Origin: a virus
Length of the DNA: 64,000 nucleotides
Reading direction: 5' to 3' (one strand)
Virus record (IMG/VR): IMGVR_UViG_3300044826_000112
In this document: positions 1-7,705 of the stretch, in pieces
How positions within the stretch are numbered: position 1 is the stretch's first letter
Layout of the letters: each line of letters starts with the position of its first letter
Notes under the pieces: generated by a model
Databases searched by the model: none
What the model was told of the DNA's origin: nothing
Seen by the model: only the letters and a program-made list of their open reading frames with translations
Translations under genes and position numbers: made by a program

Positions 1-303
1 TTGAACCTCCGAGTGCCAGAAGAGAAGGTGTACGACTCTCGCAAAGAGGCCGTGGCCAGGTTCTTCAAGGAAGCCATCGATGACTTCACGACTCAAGAGG
101 TCCACCTCCTCAAATATGCGGAAACTCATGGGGTATACACCCATCGTTTCGATTGGGGTAACTGGTCCATGACTGCAGATATCAAGCTGCCCATCAAAAC
201 CTACCGCCTCTTCGGCCAGGATTATGAAGTCACCGATGAGGTAATGGCTCGTATCAAGGAGGATGTGGAATGCCTACCTACACCGGAAGAGTCCGCTCAA
301 TAG
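1..303 (+). CDS. hypothetical phage protein (probably 5'-partial)
   Basis: ORF open from window edge, overlaps next gene. Confidence 0.6.
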   Translation: MNLRVPEEKVYDSRKEAVARFFKEAIDDFTTQEVHLLKYAETHGVYTHRFDWGNWSMTADIKLPIKTYRLFGQDYEVTDEVMARIKEDVECLPTPEESAQ

Positions 304-626
304 TTCTCCCCGTCGAGAGCTATGAGAAGCACAAAGAGGTCGTCGACAAGTACCTGGATGGCTACAAGGTGGAAACCTACATTGGCCACAGTACGAGATG
401 GCTTCACGTCATCAACCCCAACTTCGACTGGGAGTCCGAGTACCGCATCGCCGATGATGCTACCCGGATCCTCCCAGGACAGAAATGGCGGCACAAGAAG
501 GTCGCCAACTTTTGGGTTACCGTCACAGGGATAGGTCTTGGAGTTGTGCACTACCAGGACCTGCACCAGTATCTTCATTACTGCAGTTTCGAGGAATTCT
601 ATGCCAGATACGTTCGTATTCCCTAG
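270..626 (+). CDS. hypothetical phage protein
   Basis: ORF with upstream AGGAGG, part of overlapping gene chain. Confidence 0.7.
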   Translation: MPTYTGRVRSIVLPVESYEKHKEVVDKYLDGYKVETYIGHSTRWLHVINPNFDWESEYRIADDATRILPGQKWRHKKVANFWVTVTGIGLGVVHYQDLHQYLHYCSFEEFYARYVRIP

Positions 627-1089
627 AGACTTGATCGAGGTAGATTCGGTATTAGCCACCAGCGTCCTTGCGGACGCTGTCTACAAGGAAATCCGCAGCC
701 GCGGAGGCTTGTTCTGCTTTGAAATCCACCTGACCGGTTTCAGCAGACTACCTGCAAGTGCCAAGGTTACCCGCTTCTACAGCGATAACCAGAACTTCGA
801 AAGCTTCCTCAATGGTATTGCCGTCGCATATGACGATGGCTTCCTCCTGGATACGTATCAGCCGCTCTCGGAAGTGATGCGTAACATGATGACTACCCTC
901 ACTGGATCATCCATCGGCCGTGTCATGATGTCTATCACGACACCTCACGGATTGATCGAGCTGAAGGCAGTGTATCGAGGAGATCTATTCGTCACCTTAG
1001 GTACTGGTGGTAAAGCCTCTGGTACCAGGGTGACTGTTAAGTCAGAAGACGCCCACAAATGGTTCAAGGATAACGGTTATGAATGCTAA
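601..1089 (+). CDS. hypothetical protein
   Basis: ATG 601 with GAGGA SD, overlaps neighbours. Confidence 0.7.
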   Translation: MPDTFVFPRDLIEVDSVLATSVLADAVYKEIRSRGGLFCFEIHLTGFSRLPASAKVTRFYSDNQNFESFLNGIAVAYDDGFLLDTYQPLSEVMRNMMTTLTGSSIGRVMMSITTPHGLIELKAVYRGDLFVTLGTGGKASGTRVTVKSEDAHKWFKDNGYEC

Positions 1090-1525
1090 GAATTTTCTGG
1101 AAGTATGGTCCGCCCTCCCGTTTGAAGAGCTGAAGAAGAGCTTGGCGGTCGAGGCCGCCCGGGCTTTCCGCAAGACTCTTCATGTGGCCATCCTCAATAA
1201 GCACGAGCTGGCTCGCTACAACGGTGATGAAGATGAGGCGATCATTACTGACCTTACCACTCCGGATATCATCATAAACAAAGGGAACATCCTGAAGGAT
1301 ATCTTCTCGCACCACCTCAGTGATGACGAGATGATCCTGCTCAACAACATCTGTCAGGAGCTGATGAGCTCTCTGCTGCGTGTAACCTCCCGGGCTGAGT
1401 GTCGGGTAGATCTGAGCGATAGCATCGTGGCGGACATTGCCGTCGTGGTAGAAGATCAGGCGCTCATCACCTGGAACAACATGAATATTCGCATCAACCG
1501 TAGCGATCTGGAGCAAATTGCATGA
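1079..1525 (+). CDS. hypothetical protein
   Basis: ORF, AAGGA SD, ATGA coupling to next gene. Confidence 0.7.
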   Translation: MNAKNFLEVWSALPFEELKKSLAVEAARAFRKTLHVAILNKHELARYNGDEDEAIITDLTTPDIIINKGNILKDIFSHHLSDDEMILLNNICQELMSSLLRVTSRAECRVDLSDSIVADIAVVVEDQALITWNNMNIRINRSDLEQIA

Positions 1526-1944
1526 AGAACATTTCCCTGACAGAAGCCGAGAAGCTGTACGCAGATGGCCTGGATGCTCTGTACGAGGAGCTGCTGGATG
1601 GTGTTTCGTTCAACCACTATGTGAAGGTTGAATGTGGCCTCCTGCAGTCGTTCAACCCGATCGACGTATCGTCTACAGATACCTGTGATCTGTACGACGC
1701 CATCCGTGAACGCAAGGACTTGCCTCCGATCGTCCGTACCATCGCCATGGAGCTCATCAGCCTGGCCGAGTCTCTGGACATCAACGTGTGGCCGGTAGAC
1801 CTGACCGGCAGCAATGGCACCTATGTGGTCAAGGTCCACAAGTCCAGCGAACCGAGCCACACTGTGGTGTTGGATAGCGGAGAGTCCGTCACGTTCACTC
1901 TGCAGGAAATGTCCATCCGCGGTGTTTACGCTCACGCCAACTAA
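1522..1944 (+). CDS. hypothetical protein
   Basis: ORF, GGAG SD, phage-like codon usage. Confidence 0.7.
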   Translation: MKNISLTEAEKLYADGLDALYEELLDGVSFNHYVKVECGLLQSFNPIDVSSTDTCDLYDAIRERKDLPPIVRTIAMELISLAESLDINVWPVDLTGSNGTYVVKVHKSSEPSHTVVLDSGESVTFTLQEMSIRGVYAHAN

Positions 1945-1956
1945 AGTAGATTCCTT

Positions 1957-1964
1957 GGTATAAG
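1957..1964 (+). promoter_or_regulatory. GGTATAAG phage promoter motif (first of >20 intergenic copies, e.g. 7522, 7632, 9188, 10622, 12496, 16091, 20813, 22506, 27275, 28392, 32322, 33937, 37067, 40656, 40771, 49154, 51303, 55471, 58201)
   Basis: Exact 8-mer recurring just upstream of genes/RNAs, often right after terminators. Confidence 0.8.
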
Positions 1965-1983
1965 AACTGTGTAATCGAATAAC

Positions 1984-2685
1984 ATGAGGTCTAGCATGGA
2001 TACCCATAAGGTTGAAGTTGTGGACGTCATGGGATTGAAGGTGGCGACCTTCCGTTGTGAGACCGGGGAAATCCTGGTCTCCCTTCGCGACATCTTAGAG
2101 GCTAGCCTTTCTGATGTCGCCGAAGAGATCGCCTTCCTCCGGTCTCCTGACGGTCTAAGTGTACTCAAAGCGATGAACATCTACCCATCTCACTGCTACC
2201 ACAATGGGATGTATGAAGAGGGTTTGTTCATTCCGCACGAGTATGTGAACCACTATATGTTCTCCATCCAGAAGCCTGGAGAGGAGATCGACACTCTGCG
2301 GATGTACCTGTCCGCGGAGATTGCAAGACACTGGGCGAAGATCAGCAACTCGGCTGCTGGATATACGCCTCAACAACTGCGTACCTACGTGATGCATGCG
2401 TCAGACGAGAAGCTGGGGATGGCCCTGAGTGGGTTCAACCTGGACAATCATGACGAGGTCATGCAGACGCTGCGTCAGTTCGCTCTGAAGGAGCTCGGCT
2501 ACCCGTACCTGTGGGATAAGCTGTCGCCTATCGAGATGGACATCTACAACGCGGTGCTCTCAACGATGGGCTCACTGCTCTTCAAGTGTCAGCAAGAGAT
2601 GTTGAGCGTCGAGGAATCCATGGAGATGATGTACCAAGAGGTGCAGAAAGTCATCACTGGGTTCAAGTCGATTGGACCTGCATAG
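1984..2685 (+). CDS. hypothetical protein, possibly diverged P22 antirepressor N-terminal-like domain
   Basis: Weak similarity to the two downstream P22AR-N genes (VSLRDI...LFIP..YVNHYMFSI...HW). Confidence 0.55.
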   Translation: MRSSMDTHKVEVVDVMGLKVATFRCETGEILVSLRDILEASLSDVAEEIAFLRSPDGLSVLKAMNIYPSHCYHNGMYEEGLFIPHEYVNHYMFSIQKPGEEIDTLRMYLSAEIARHWAKISNSAAGYTPQQLRTYVMHASDEKLGMALSGFNLDNHDEVMQTLRQFALKELGYPYLWDKLSPIEMDIYNAVLSTMGSLLFKCQQEMLSVEESMEMMYQEVQKVITGFKSIGPA

Positions 2686-2987
2686 TACATATGTATGGTG
2701 CAGGTCTGGATATACGTATGTACACTCAGATGAATCCACATATGTACATTCACGAATCACGATATCATGATTAGCCAAATTGGCTGGATCTGCGTCATGG
2801 TATCGTGATTCAGACCTGTTCAACATTTTTGCATATGCAGGTATAACTACAGTGTAGAGACGTCTACGCCGGTCACGACTCCGGCGACCGGCTTCTTGTT
2901 TTTCCCAATCGGCGGATGGTGATACCACCATTCGCCAAATCAGTAGTTTCGTGAATGGTGATAAGACCATTCGCCAAAGGAGAGATC

Positions 2988-3884
2988 ATGATCAACCCTA
3001 TCAAAGTATATCGTCAAGATGTGACTGTCGTTAACTTCTACGGCCAAGAGATTGTGACCGTAATGCTGGAAGAGCTTGGCACTCCGGCGATCTTCGCCAA
3101 GCCTCTTGTTGAGAACCTCGGTATTGACTGGAAGAACCAGTATACCAAACTCATGGAATCTCCGCGGTTCCAAGCTATCGTCGTCAGTGTGAAAGCCCCG
3201 GATGATGACCGTGTACGTGAGCATCTGGTACTGCCCATCCGTACACTGAACGCCTTCCTGTTCAGCATCAACCCGATGAAAGTGCCGGAAGACAAGTTCA
3301 TGCAGATCGAAGGCGAAGACATCTCTGTGCGTGACAACCTGATCAAGTACCAGTCTGAGTGCACCGTAGCTCTGCACGACTACTGGATGCATGGCATGGC
3401 GATCAACACCCGCGTCAATCCGTCTGACATCCGCACTGAACGCAAGCTGGGCCCGGTAACCTACAGCCGGGGTCGCATTGAGCGTGTCCTACCGAAGTTC
3501 ATGGACTACGCGGCCAGCATCGGTCAGCCGCTTGAGCGTGGCATCCTGATGCAGGGCCTGTGCGTAGCCATCGCCGAGTATGTAGGTGCCATTGCCTACA
3601 ACCCGGAAAACATGACCGTTGTACGTCTGGAGCCTCTGGGCGCCCAAGGCATGCAGCGTGTCGAGTCCAAGCTGTCCGGTCGCGATCAGTGGCTGGTAGC
3701 GATCATCGAGAACGTGTTCTGCAACGCAATGACCGAAGCCATGCACCAGCAGGCAGATGTCACGCAGTTCCTGACCACGCTCGACGTGATGATCCTGGAC
3801 ACTGTGACCAACCTGGGTCACCACTTCGTAACCTGCAGCTCTACCTTCAACAAGGGCAACGGGTTTCTTTCTGCAATGGTTTAA
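2988..3884 (+). CDS. phage antirepressor-like DNA-binding protein (P22_AR_N domain)
   Basis: VNFYG..AKPLVENLGIDWKNQYTKL..LPIRTLNAFLFSINP.KV..LIKYQSEC..LHDYW; SD AAGGAG before ATG 2988. Confidence 0.85.
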   Translation: MINPIKVYRQDVTVVNFYGQEIVTVMLEELGTPAIFAKPLVENLGIDWKNQYTKLMESPRFQAIVVSVKAPDDDRVREHLVLPIRTLNAFLFSINPMKVPEDKFMQIEGEDISVRDNLIKYQSECTVALHDYWMHGMAINTRVNPSDIRTERKLGPVTYSRGRIERVLPKFMDYAASIGQPLERGILMQGLCVAIAEYVGAIAYNPENMTVVRLEPLGAQGMQRVESKLSGRDQWLVAIIENVFCNAMTEAMHQQADVTQFLTTLDVMILDTVTNLGHHFVTCSSTFNKGNGFLSAMV

Positions 3885-3942
3885 TCCACCCTGGGAGGCC
3901 TAAGGGCCTCCCTCTCTAATATCGTAAAACTGAGGAATCGAT

Positions 3943-4788
3943 ATGACTACTGAATACATCCGCCACAGCAATGTACGTGCCGTTAACTTTTACGGGGATA
4001 TCCTCCCGACTGTTGACTTTATCAACCCGGATGGGCAGCGTGAGATTGGCGTAATCGGTGCCGCTTTGGCCCGTGGCCTGGGTCTGGAGTGGAACCGCCA
4101 GCTGCAGAAGCTGACTTCCGGTGACCCTCGCTTCATGGCCTTCACCGTTAAGGTGCAGACTGAGAAGCAAGTGCGTGACATGGCGGTCATCCCGCTGCGT
4201 TTCCTAAACGCCTACCTGTTCTCCATCAACCCGATGAAGGTTGCGGAAGACCAGATGGTTGAGCTGTCGAACGGCGAGAAGGTTTCTGTACGGGAGAAAC
4301 TGATCCGCTACCAGTCTGAGTGCACCGTTGCACTGCATGACTACTGGATGCACGGTACCGCACTGAACCTGCGTCCGGTTCCGCATGACGTTACCTATCC
4401 GTTCCGTGATGCCCGCATCTCCAGCCGTCCGCAGCTGGTAGAAGCCGTGAAGAAGTACGCCAAGTTCCACAAAGCGTGCCTGCGTCTGGATATCGACGAT
4501 AGCGACCTGGCCGAGAGCCTGTATCAGCCGATGCTGAGCATGATCCACCAGGTGAACTGCGTTGCTCTGGAACATGAAGAAGCTGCCCTGTCCGGCCGGG
4601 ATGCAGCTATCGTCGCGTTCTCTGAACTGACCGTAGCGACCATCCTGAACCATCTGGTTGCACACGACATCCTTGAAGAGGGTGACATCGTGGGCTTCTG
4701 TGAAGGTCACCTGGTCAAACACCTGCAGGAAGTGGGTGACAAGTTCCTGGTTATGGGTGATACCCTGCCGGCGGACCTGACCAAGTAA
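3943..4788 (+). CDS. phage antirepressor-like DNA-binding protein (P22_AR_N domain), paralog of 2988..3884
   Basis: Same motif set, YQSECTVALHDYWMHG identical in both. Confidence 0.85.
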   Translation: MTTEYIRHSNVRAVNFYGDILPTVDFINPDGQREIGVIGAALARGLGLEWNRQLQKLTSGDPRFMAFTVKVQTEKQVRDMAVIPLRFLNAYLFSINPMKVAEDQMVELSNGEKVSVREKLIRYQSECTVALHDYWMHGTALNLRPVPHDVTYPFRDARISSRPQLVEAVKKYAKFHKACLRLDIDDSDLAESLYQPMLSMIHQVNCVALEHEEAALSGRDAAIVAFSELTVATILNHLVAHDILEEGDIVGFCEGHLVKHLQEVGDKFLVMGDTLPADLTK

Positions 4789-4832
4789 CAGATTAGGGGG
4801 ATTCGTCCCCCTTTCTTTTAGGAGCGGTTGCT

Positions 4833-5588
4833 ATGAGTCTATTCGATGACATCCCTTTAACTCCACAGAGATTCCCTCCGCACGCCTTACGGATGCCAGA
4901 GTCCAACGTGATGTCGGATGATCGAAACTACCAGATGCGTAGATCGTCTATCATTGCGAACTGGCAGGCGGCATTTGATGCGTCCAGGAAGGAAAACAAG
5001 CCGCCCAAGTATGAGGTGCAGCAGGTAGAGGCCGTTAACCTCGTGCTTGCAGGCATCTTGATGTACAACTCCATACCAGAACCTAATCCGACGCTCCGCA
5101 TGCAGAGATTCCTGGATACGATGGATGTAGGCGGGTATCGGATGGGTAGAACCAGGATGGGTACACCTTGGGCGTCTGTGTTCATCCGGAATATCCAGTA
5201 CAGCATGGGTAAGTATGTGCCGAACAACGTACGCTTCCCCGAGTTAACCCTACTGGGATTGGCTATTCGGCCGAACATGCAGAAGTTCTACGAGTTCATG
5301 CATCGCGACATGCGTATGCCTACCTTCGTGGATAGGCTTGCTGCTAATGGTTGCCGTGTGAACTTCTTGCGGCAGCCTAATAGTAGCTTGATGATGCTGA
5401 CGGATTACTTGCAGTTCACCCACTCGATCGAGCTAGGTGAGCTGGAGGCTTACTTCAACAGGCGTTTTGACAGGAACTTCTTGCAGTATCTAGAGGCTAC
5501 TCGAAATGCACCCGGTAACGTACGTATGCCAAGTCCATTCCCACCTCCAGATTTCGATGGGGATGTGATGGTGTTGATGGAAGAGTAA
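4833..5588 (+). CDS. hypothetical protein
   Basis: 251-aa ORF with AGGAG SD between two terminators. Confidence 0.7.
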   Translation: MSLFDDIPLTPQRFPPHALRMPESNVMSDDRNYQMRRSSIIANWQAAFDASRKENKPPKYEVQQVEAVNLVLAGILMYNSIPEPNPTLRMQRFLDTMDVGGYRMGRTRMGTPWASVFIRNIQYSMGKYVPNNVRFPELTLLGLAIRPNMQKFYEFMHRDMRMPTFVDRLAANGCRVNFLRQPNSSLMMLTDYLQFTHSIELGELEAYFNRRFDRNFLQYLEATRNAPGNVRMPSPFPPPDFDGDVMVLMEE

Positions 5589-5592
5589 AACA

Positions 5593-5616
5593 AAAAGGGT
5601 CCCGAAGGACCCTTTT
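5593..5616. terminator. bidirectional intrinsic terminator
   Basis: AAAAGGGTCC-CGAA-GGACCCTTTT between convergent genes. Confidence 0.85.
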
Positions 5617-5629
5617 CTTTAACTACCGA

Positions 5630-5905
5630 TTAGGCGTTGACGGAACGCTTGAACTCGGTACCCGGCTTGAAGTGCGGGGCAGTGCGAGCTGCGATGTCCA
5701 TGGCTTCGCCAGTCTGCGGGTTACGACCTTGACGGCCGGCACGAGCACGGCTGGAGAAGGTACCGAAACCTGCGATACCAACAGTTTCGCCCTGAGCAAC
5801 GGTGTCAACGATGGTGTCGATAGCAGCGTTCAGGAAACGAGCAGCTTGTACCTTCGGTACGGACAGATCTTCGGCCAGCTTGGTGATCAGATCACTCTTG
5901 TTCAT
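5630..5905 (-). CDS. hup: HU family DNA-binding protein
   Basis: MNKSDLI..GFGTF..R.GRNPQTGE..I.A...P.FKPG..FK; AAGGA SD before ATG at 5905. Confidence 0.95.
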   Translation of the reverse strand: MNKSDLITKLAEDLSVPKVQAARFLNAAIDTIVDTVAQGETVGIAGFGTFSSRARAGRQGRNPQTGEAMDIAARTAPHFKPGTEFKRSVNA

Positions 5906-5957
5906 GATGTCATCCTTTAAGTTGTGGATCAGTGACGTTGTTTGGTTTACAGTATGG

Positions 5958-5986
5958 ATCATAGCTAGGTCCAAAAAGGTTGTCAA
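5958..5986 (-). promoter_or_regulatory. sigma70-type promoter of HU gene
   Basis: TTGACA-17-TATGAT on - strand. Confidence 0.8.
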
Positions 5987-6031
5987 CAGTGGAGTGTAAA
6001 AAAATTGTCTAGAACAGAACGCTTTAAGCAG

Positions 6032-6196
6032 ATGAATGATATGTCCTTGATGTCTAAGAAGAAATTGGAGATTAAGGCCATGGCTCGTGCTAGAATGCCC
6101 CAGGTTTCGCAGCAGATCGATGAAACGCTGAGTCGAGTTGCTGCTCTTAAAGAGAAGATGAAAGGAGAAGAAGATGTTACGACTAGCGAGGATTAA
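6032..6196 (+). CDS. small hypothetical protein (start uncertain)
   Basis: ORF overlapping next gene. Confidence 0.45.
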   Translation: MNDMSLMSKKKLEIKAMARARMPQVSQQIDETLSRVAALKEKMKGEEDVTTSED

Positions 6197-6950
6197 GGGT
6201 GGTAGCCACCTGTATGGGCTCAATAACGCTGACTCTGACAATGATTTCTACGAGATTGTTGCTCTGAGTCCAGCTGAGCTCGCATTTGACATCATCAACC
6301 TTCGTCATGGGGAGGCTGTAGGCCCTGGTGAGGTGGATGATCACGAGATCGATGTGGTGACTCTGTGTAATGGCTACTTGGACACCATGTGGGCCCTGGA
6401 GCTTCTGTTCGCAGAGCCAGAGGCTGACTACGAGGTGGCTCCTGAGTGGAACCGTCTGCGTGACATGCGTAAGAACCTGTGTACACCTGCACTGGTCCAG
6501 CAGACTTACTTCCGTCTGCAGAACTGCGTCAGCCAGTATGCCTCCTATACTCGTCCGACAGCTGATCAAGAGGGTGTGTGGAAGGTAGCTGAGAACTTCA
6601 GTACCAAGCCGGTTAACGCTCGGAACCTTGCACACGCATATCGCATGGCTGTCCAGCTGATGAACTACATCACTACTCGTGATCTGTTCGGCACAACCTT
6701 CACTCTGAACCGAGAGGCTTACCATCGCCTCAAGAGTAATGTGGTGACGGTAGAGGACGTCAAGGAGTGTCTGCAGACCCTGGTAGGTTTGGGTATGCTG
6801 AAATCCCAAGGTGTAGGCATCAGTAGTGAGTTCTATGAGAGCCCGGAGACCAAAGTAGTCCTCTGGGGAATCGTGAACACCACCACGGTGGCTGCTATCG
6901 GAACCGAGAGTCCAGCCATCGAGTACTTCCAATCGACACATGACGAGTAA
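6174..6950 (+). CDS. pol-beta superfamily nucleotidyltransferase, RlaP-like (RNA repair associated)
   Basis: GSHLYGLNNADSDNDF (GS..YG....SDxD) motif, ALELLF, C-terminal LAHAYRM helix. Confidence 0.75.
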   Translation: MLRLARIKGGSHLYGLNNADSDNDFYEIVALSPAELAFDIINLRHGEAVGPGEVDDHEIDVVTLCNGYLDTMWALELLFAEPEADYEVAPEWNRLRDMRKNLCTPALVQQTYFRLQNCVSQYASYTRPTADQEGVWKVAENFSTKPVNARNLAHAYRMAVQLMNYITTRDLFGTTFTLNREAYHRLKSNVVTVEDVKECLQTLVGLGMLKSQGVGISSEFYESPETKVVLWGIVNTTTVAAIGTESPAIEYFQSTHDE

Positions 6951-7285
6951 ATGTGTCGGGTAACTTTGGGTCCCTAAGGGGACCCAACTTATTGATTCCA
7001 TTAGCTTTTAGCTAGCGATGTGTCGGTTGTGTCGATTGTTCCACCCCAAAATACATACCCCTTTCCTTAGAACACCCAATGTGTCTTATTCTATATATCT
7101 CTCTATCTCTCGTAAGGAAAATATAAATAAATAAATAAGAAGGGGCAGTTGGGATTTTTCATGTACGGGATGTGTTTGGAGGGTGGAACACCGACACATC
7201 GCACACATGGATCCTCGGAATGGCTTGATTATGGACAAAGCGACTGGAACACTGCCTGGAACAGACTCATAGTTACCCGACACAT
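6931..7285. repeat. palindromic origin-like element, copy A
   Basis: Aligns with 45170..45525; ATGTGTC/GACACAT motifs; 47-bp identical AT-rich core at 7091..7137. Confidence 0.9.
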
Positions 7286-7314
7286 CATCTTTTCGAAATT
7301 TCTTTGAAATAGTG

Positions 7315-7343
7315 TTGACGCCAGAAACGACCTACAGTATAGT
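7315..7343 (+). promoter_or_regulatory. sigma70-type promoter
   Basis: TTGACG-17-TATAGT. Confidence 0.75.
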
Positions 7344-7349
7344 GTTCCT

Positions 7350-7508
7350 AAGTGGACCGCTAGATAGAGGGTTATCCTTCAACTGTAATGAAACCCAATC
7401 TCCCTTTATCGCCTCTTTGTTCACCCTTGACTTCGGTCATTGAGTAAATTCAAGTCAACGAGTGGGTTTAACCCCAGAGATCGTGTAGGCCTCTGGGGTT
7501 TCCTTTTT
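7350..7508 (+). ncRNA. candidate small RNA (~160 nt)
   Basis: Own promoter, nested stems, UUCG hairpin, terminator 7470..7508, no credible ORF. Confidence 0.5.
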
Positions 7509-7536
7509 GGGCTTCCGGCTGGGTATAAGTACTATG

Positions 7537-7606
7537 TAGCGGATAGCTCAGGTGGTGAGAGCACTGGACGTGTCCAGGGGTCGGGGGTTCGAGTCCCCCT
7601 CCGTTT
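7537..7606 (+). ncRNA. tRNA-like RNA lacking an anticodon loop (4-nt loop CGUG), no encoded CCA
   Basis: Canonical D arm GCTC/GAGC, stem CTGGA/TCCAG, T arm GGGGG-TTCGAGT-CCCCC, directly after GGTATAAG. Confidence 0.75.
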
Positions 7607-7705
7607 TCTTTTAGTTTCCGCACATGTTCCTGGTATAAGTACTTCGAGAAGGAAACAGCTTCGTTATAGCTGTTATCCCCCATTCTACCTACGAAGGAGT
7701 GTGCC

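Noticed and set aside
5906-6241. N-terminal extension of HU in the ORF track
   Set aside because: SD and a consensus promoter define the start at 5905
7122-7129. T4-type late promoter TATAAATA in the repeat core
   Set aside because: Part of a TAAA-repeat AT-rich core present in both element copies; this phage's genes use GGTATAAG
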